This document shows, piece after piece, positions 61,346-64,000 of a DNA stretch of 64,000 nt (position 1 is the stretch's first letter; each line of letters opens with the position of its first letter). The stretch comes from Malacoraja senta. Its lineage: Eukaryota. Where the stretch lies: positions 62,001-126,000 of the forward strand of contig JAXLNO010001097.1 of the NCBI GenBank assembly GCA_038087875.1. Reading direction: 5' to 3'. A program made the position numbers and the translations under genes. Below the pieces are notes generated by a model. It saw nothing but the letters and a program-made list of their open reading frames with translations, made no database searches and was not told the DNA's origin.

Positions 61346-63282
61346 CAGTGGCTTGCAAAAGTTTTCATACCCCTTGAACTTTTCCACATTTTGTCACGTT
61401 ACAACCACAAACGTAAATGTATTTTATTGGGATTTTATGTGATAGACCAACACAAAGTGGTGCATAATTGTGAAGTGGAAGGAAAATTATACATGGTTTT
61501 CAAATTTTGTTACAAATAAAAAACTGAAAAGTGTCGCGTGCAAAAGTATTCAGCCCCCCTGAGTCAATACTTTGTAAAACCACCTTTCGCTGCAATTACA
61601 GCTTTGCACATCTAGAGACTGAAATTTTTGCCCATTCTTCTTTGCAAAATAGCTCAAGCTCAGTCAGATTGGATGGAGAGCATCTGTGAACAGCAATTTT
61701 CAAGTCTTGCCAGAGATTCTCAATTGGATTTAGGTCTGGACTTTGACTGGGCCATTCTAACACATGAATACGCTTTGATCTAAACCATTCCATTGTAGCT
61801 CTGGCTGTATGTTTAGGGTCGTTGTCCTGCTGGAAGGTGAACTTCCGCCCCGGTCTCAAGTCTTTTGCAGACTCTAACAGGTTTTCTTCCAAGATTGCCC
61901 TGTATTTGGCTCCATCCATCTTCCCCCATCAACTCTGACCAGCTTCCCTGTCCCTGCTGAAGAAAAGCATCCCCACAGCATAATGCTGCCACCACCATGT
62001 TTCACAGTGGGGATGGTGTGTTCAGGGTGATGTGCAGTGTTAGGTTTCCGCCACACATAGCGTTTTGCATTTAGGCCAAAAACTTCAATTTTGGTCTCAT
62101 CTGACCAGAGCACCTTCCTCCACATGTTTGCTGTGTCCCCCACATGGCTTGTGGCAAACTGCAAACGGGACTTCTTATGGGCTTTTTTCAACAATGGCTT
62201 TCTTCTTGCCACTCTTCCATAAAGGCCCGATTTGTGGAGTGCACGACTAATAGTTTTCCTGTGGACAGATTCTCCCACCTGAGCTGTGGATCTCTGCAGC
62301 TCCTGCAGAGTTACCATGGGCCTCTTGGCTGCTTCTCTGATCAATGCTCTCCTTGCCCAGCCTGTCAGTTTAGGTGGACGGCCATGTCTTGGTAGGTTTG
62401 CAGTTGTGCCATACTCTTTCCATTTTCGGATGATGGATTGAACAGTGCTCCGTGAGATGTTCAAAGCTTGGGATATTTATTTATAACCTAACCCTGTTTT
62501 AAACTTCTCCACAACTTTATCCCTGACCTGTCTGGTGTGTTCCTTTGGCTTCATGATGTTGTTTGTTCACTAATGTTCTCTAACAAACCTCTGAGGCCTT
62601 CACAGAACAGCTGTATTTATACTGAGATTAGATTAATAATAATAATAATAATAATGGATGGGATTTATATAGCGCCTTTCTAATACTCGGCGCTTTACAT
62701 CGCATTATTCATTCACTCCTCAGTCACACTCGGTGGTGGTGAGCTACTTCTGTAGCCACAGCTGCCCTGGGGCAGACTGACGGAAGCGTGGCTGCTAATC
62801 TGCGCCTACGGCCCCTCCGACCACCACCAATCACTCACACACATTCACACGCAGGCAAAGGTGGGTGAAGTGTCTTGCCCAAGGACACAACGACAGTATG
62901 CACTCCAAGCGGGATTCGAACCGGCTACCTTCCGGTTGCCAGCCGAACACTTAGCCCATTGCGCCATCTGTCGTCCCGAGATTACACACAAGTGGACTCT
63001 ATTTACTAATAAGGTGACTTCTGAAGGCAATTGGTTGCACTGGATTTTATTTAGGGGTATCAGAGTAAAGGGGGCTGAATATTTTCGCACGCGACACTTT
63101 TCAGTTTTTTATTTGTAAAAAAATTTGAAAACCATGTATAATTTTCCTTCCACTTCACAATTATGTGCCACTTTATGTTGGTCTATCACATAAAATCCCA
63201 ATAAAATACATTTACGCTTGTGGTTGTAACGTGACAAAATGTGGAAAAGTTCAAGGGGTATGAATACTTTTGCAAGCCACTG
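61346..63282 (-). mobile_element. Tc1 (DD34E, IR/DR-type) transposon, defective
   Basis: TIRs of ~214 bp (CAGTGGCTTGCAAAAG...) with ~8 mismatches, TA TSD at 61344-61345 and 63283-63284. WSDET...QQDND-x-IE gives D-34-E. ATG at 62554, stop at 62477-62479, frameshift near 61920, small C-terminal deletion near 61595. Confidence 0.96.
62636..62978 (-). mobile_element. tRNA-derived CORE-type SINE with an L2-like tail, inserted in the Tc1
   Basis: A box TGGCGCAATGG, B box GGTTCGAATCC, CORE-like GTGTCCTTGGGCAAGACACTT, tail AAAGGCGCTATATAAATCCCATCC(ATT)n. AGATTA duplication at 62630-62635 and 62979-62984. Confidence 0.85.
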
Positions 63283-63295
63283 TATATGCCAACAG

Positions 63296-63516
63296 AGAAG
63301 GCAGTGAAAGAAGATATGAAGATTAGGATCGTGACTGGAGCTGTAATTGTTCCTCTCATTCTCCTGGGGATCATCCTTGGAATTGGTTGCTGGAAGAAGA
63401 GGAAAAAGAGAAAACCTTTCAATGAACAGGTACCAGCTGACAACAGCAGAGACCAGGAGAGGACCATGAAGCACAATCAGCTTCCTTTGGGATGCAGAGG
63501 AGGTCTACCAGAATGA
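63296..63516 (+). CDS. MHC class I-like exon 5, connecting peptide, TM and cytoplasmic tail
   Basis: (E)KAVKEDMKIRIVTGAVIVPLILLGIILGIGCW-KKRKKRK. Acceptor CCAACAG is in phase 1. The exon may instead end at the possible donor CAG|GTACCA (63429). Confidence 0.75.
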
Positions 63517-63965
63517 TGCCTGGATTAGTGGGGTATTAGCCACAGGGAGAAGTTGGACAGACTGGACAGTTGGATTGTTTTCTCTGGAATGTCGGGGATT
63601 GAGGGGAGACCTGACAGTAATATATCAAACTGGGAGGAGTAGAGATAGGGTAGACCATCAGACTTTTTACCCAGGAAGGAAATATCAAATAAGAGCAGGT
63701 ATTGCTTTACAATGAGTGGCAAAGTTAAAAAAAGATGTGCAGGACAAGTGTTTTACGCCAAGGGTGGTGAGTGACTGGAATGTGCTGCTGGAGGTGGTGG
63801 TGGAAGCAGATATGATAGTGGCATTTAAGAGACTTTTAGATAGGCACATGTATATGCAGGGAATGGATGGATATGGATTATGTGCAAGCAGATAACAATT
63901 GGTCTTGGCATCATGTTCGGCACAAACATTGTGGGTCAAAGGGCCTGTTCTTGTGCTGTACTGTT
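63494..63965 (+). mobile_element. CR1 3' fragment directly after the TM exon
   Basis: GCAGAGGAGGTCTACCAGAATGATGCCTGGATTAG...GGCATTTAAGAGACTTTTAGATAGGCACATG...GAAGGGCCTGTT-like 3' UTR. Confidence 0.75.
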
Positions 63966-64000
63966 CTATGCTCTTTATTGTATCAATGCTGACTGATGAC

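Larger units (their letters stand above)
47749..63516 (+). pseudogene. Non-classical MHC class I-like gene, 5 exons, premature stop in alpha3 (pseudogene or null allele)
   Basis: All four introns are phase 1 with GT-AG ends. Exons of 52+261+276+273+221 nt sum to 1083 nt (360 codons plus stop if the TAG at 55298 were Tyr). Confidence 0.88.

Noticed and set aside
63241-63295. N-terminus MEKFKGYEYFCKPL of track ORF 63241..63516
   Set aside because: It is encoded by the Tc1 right TIR and intron end, not the gene.

Overview
Vertebrate genomic DNA, probably a cartilaginous fish and skate-like (inferred from the repeat content and the MHC sequence). Most of the window is nested transposon debris: L1-clade and CR1 LINEs, L2/Rex-type fragments, tRNA-derived V-SINEs, Penelope/Neptune remnants with minimal hammerhead-ribozyme-like cores, two hAT elements, a Harbinger-like MITE, a DIRS-like fold-back, and a Tc1 element carrying a CORE-type SINE. 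Two host genes are visible, both on the + strand. (1) A frameshifted multi-finger C2H2 zinc-finger exon at 24778-26341. (2) A five-exon, non-classical MHC class I-like gene that the ORF track misses because it is spliced: leader 47749-47800, alpha1 51736-51996, alpha2 53741-54016, alpha3 55221-55493, TM/cytoplasmic 63296-63516. This gene has an HLA-like X2-Y-CCAAT promoter, has lost most peptide-anchoring residues, has a hydrophobic predicted groove and six alpha2 cysteines, carries an in-frame TAG in alpha3 (GFYP to GF*P), and has a Tc1 element inserted 13 nt upstream of the TM exon. Other unusual structures are a CR1 5' end with two tandem arrays (14 x 63 bp over the ORF1 start; 10 x 90-91 bp 5'UTR monomers) and two G-rich minisatellites around a CpG-rich core. 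All calls were made by reading the sequence; no searches were run.
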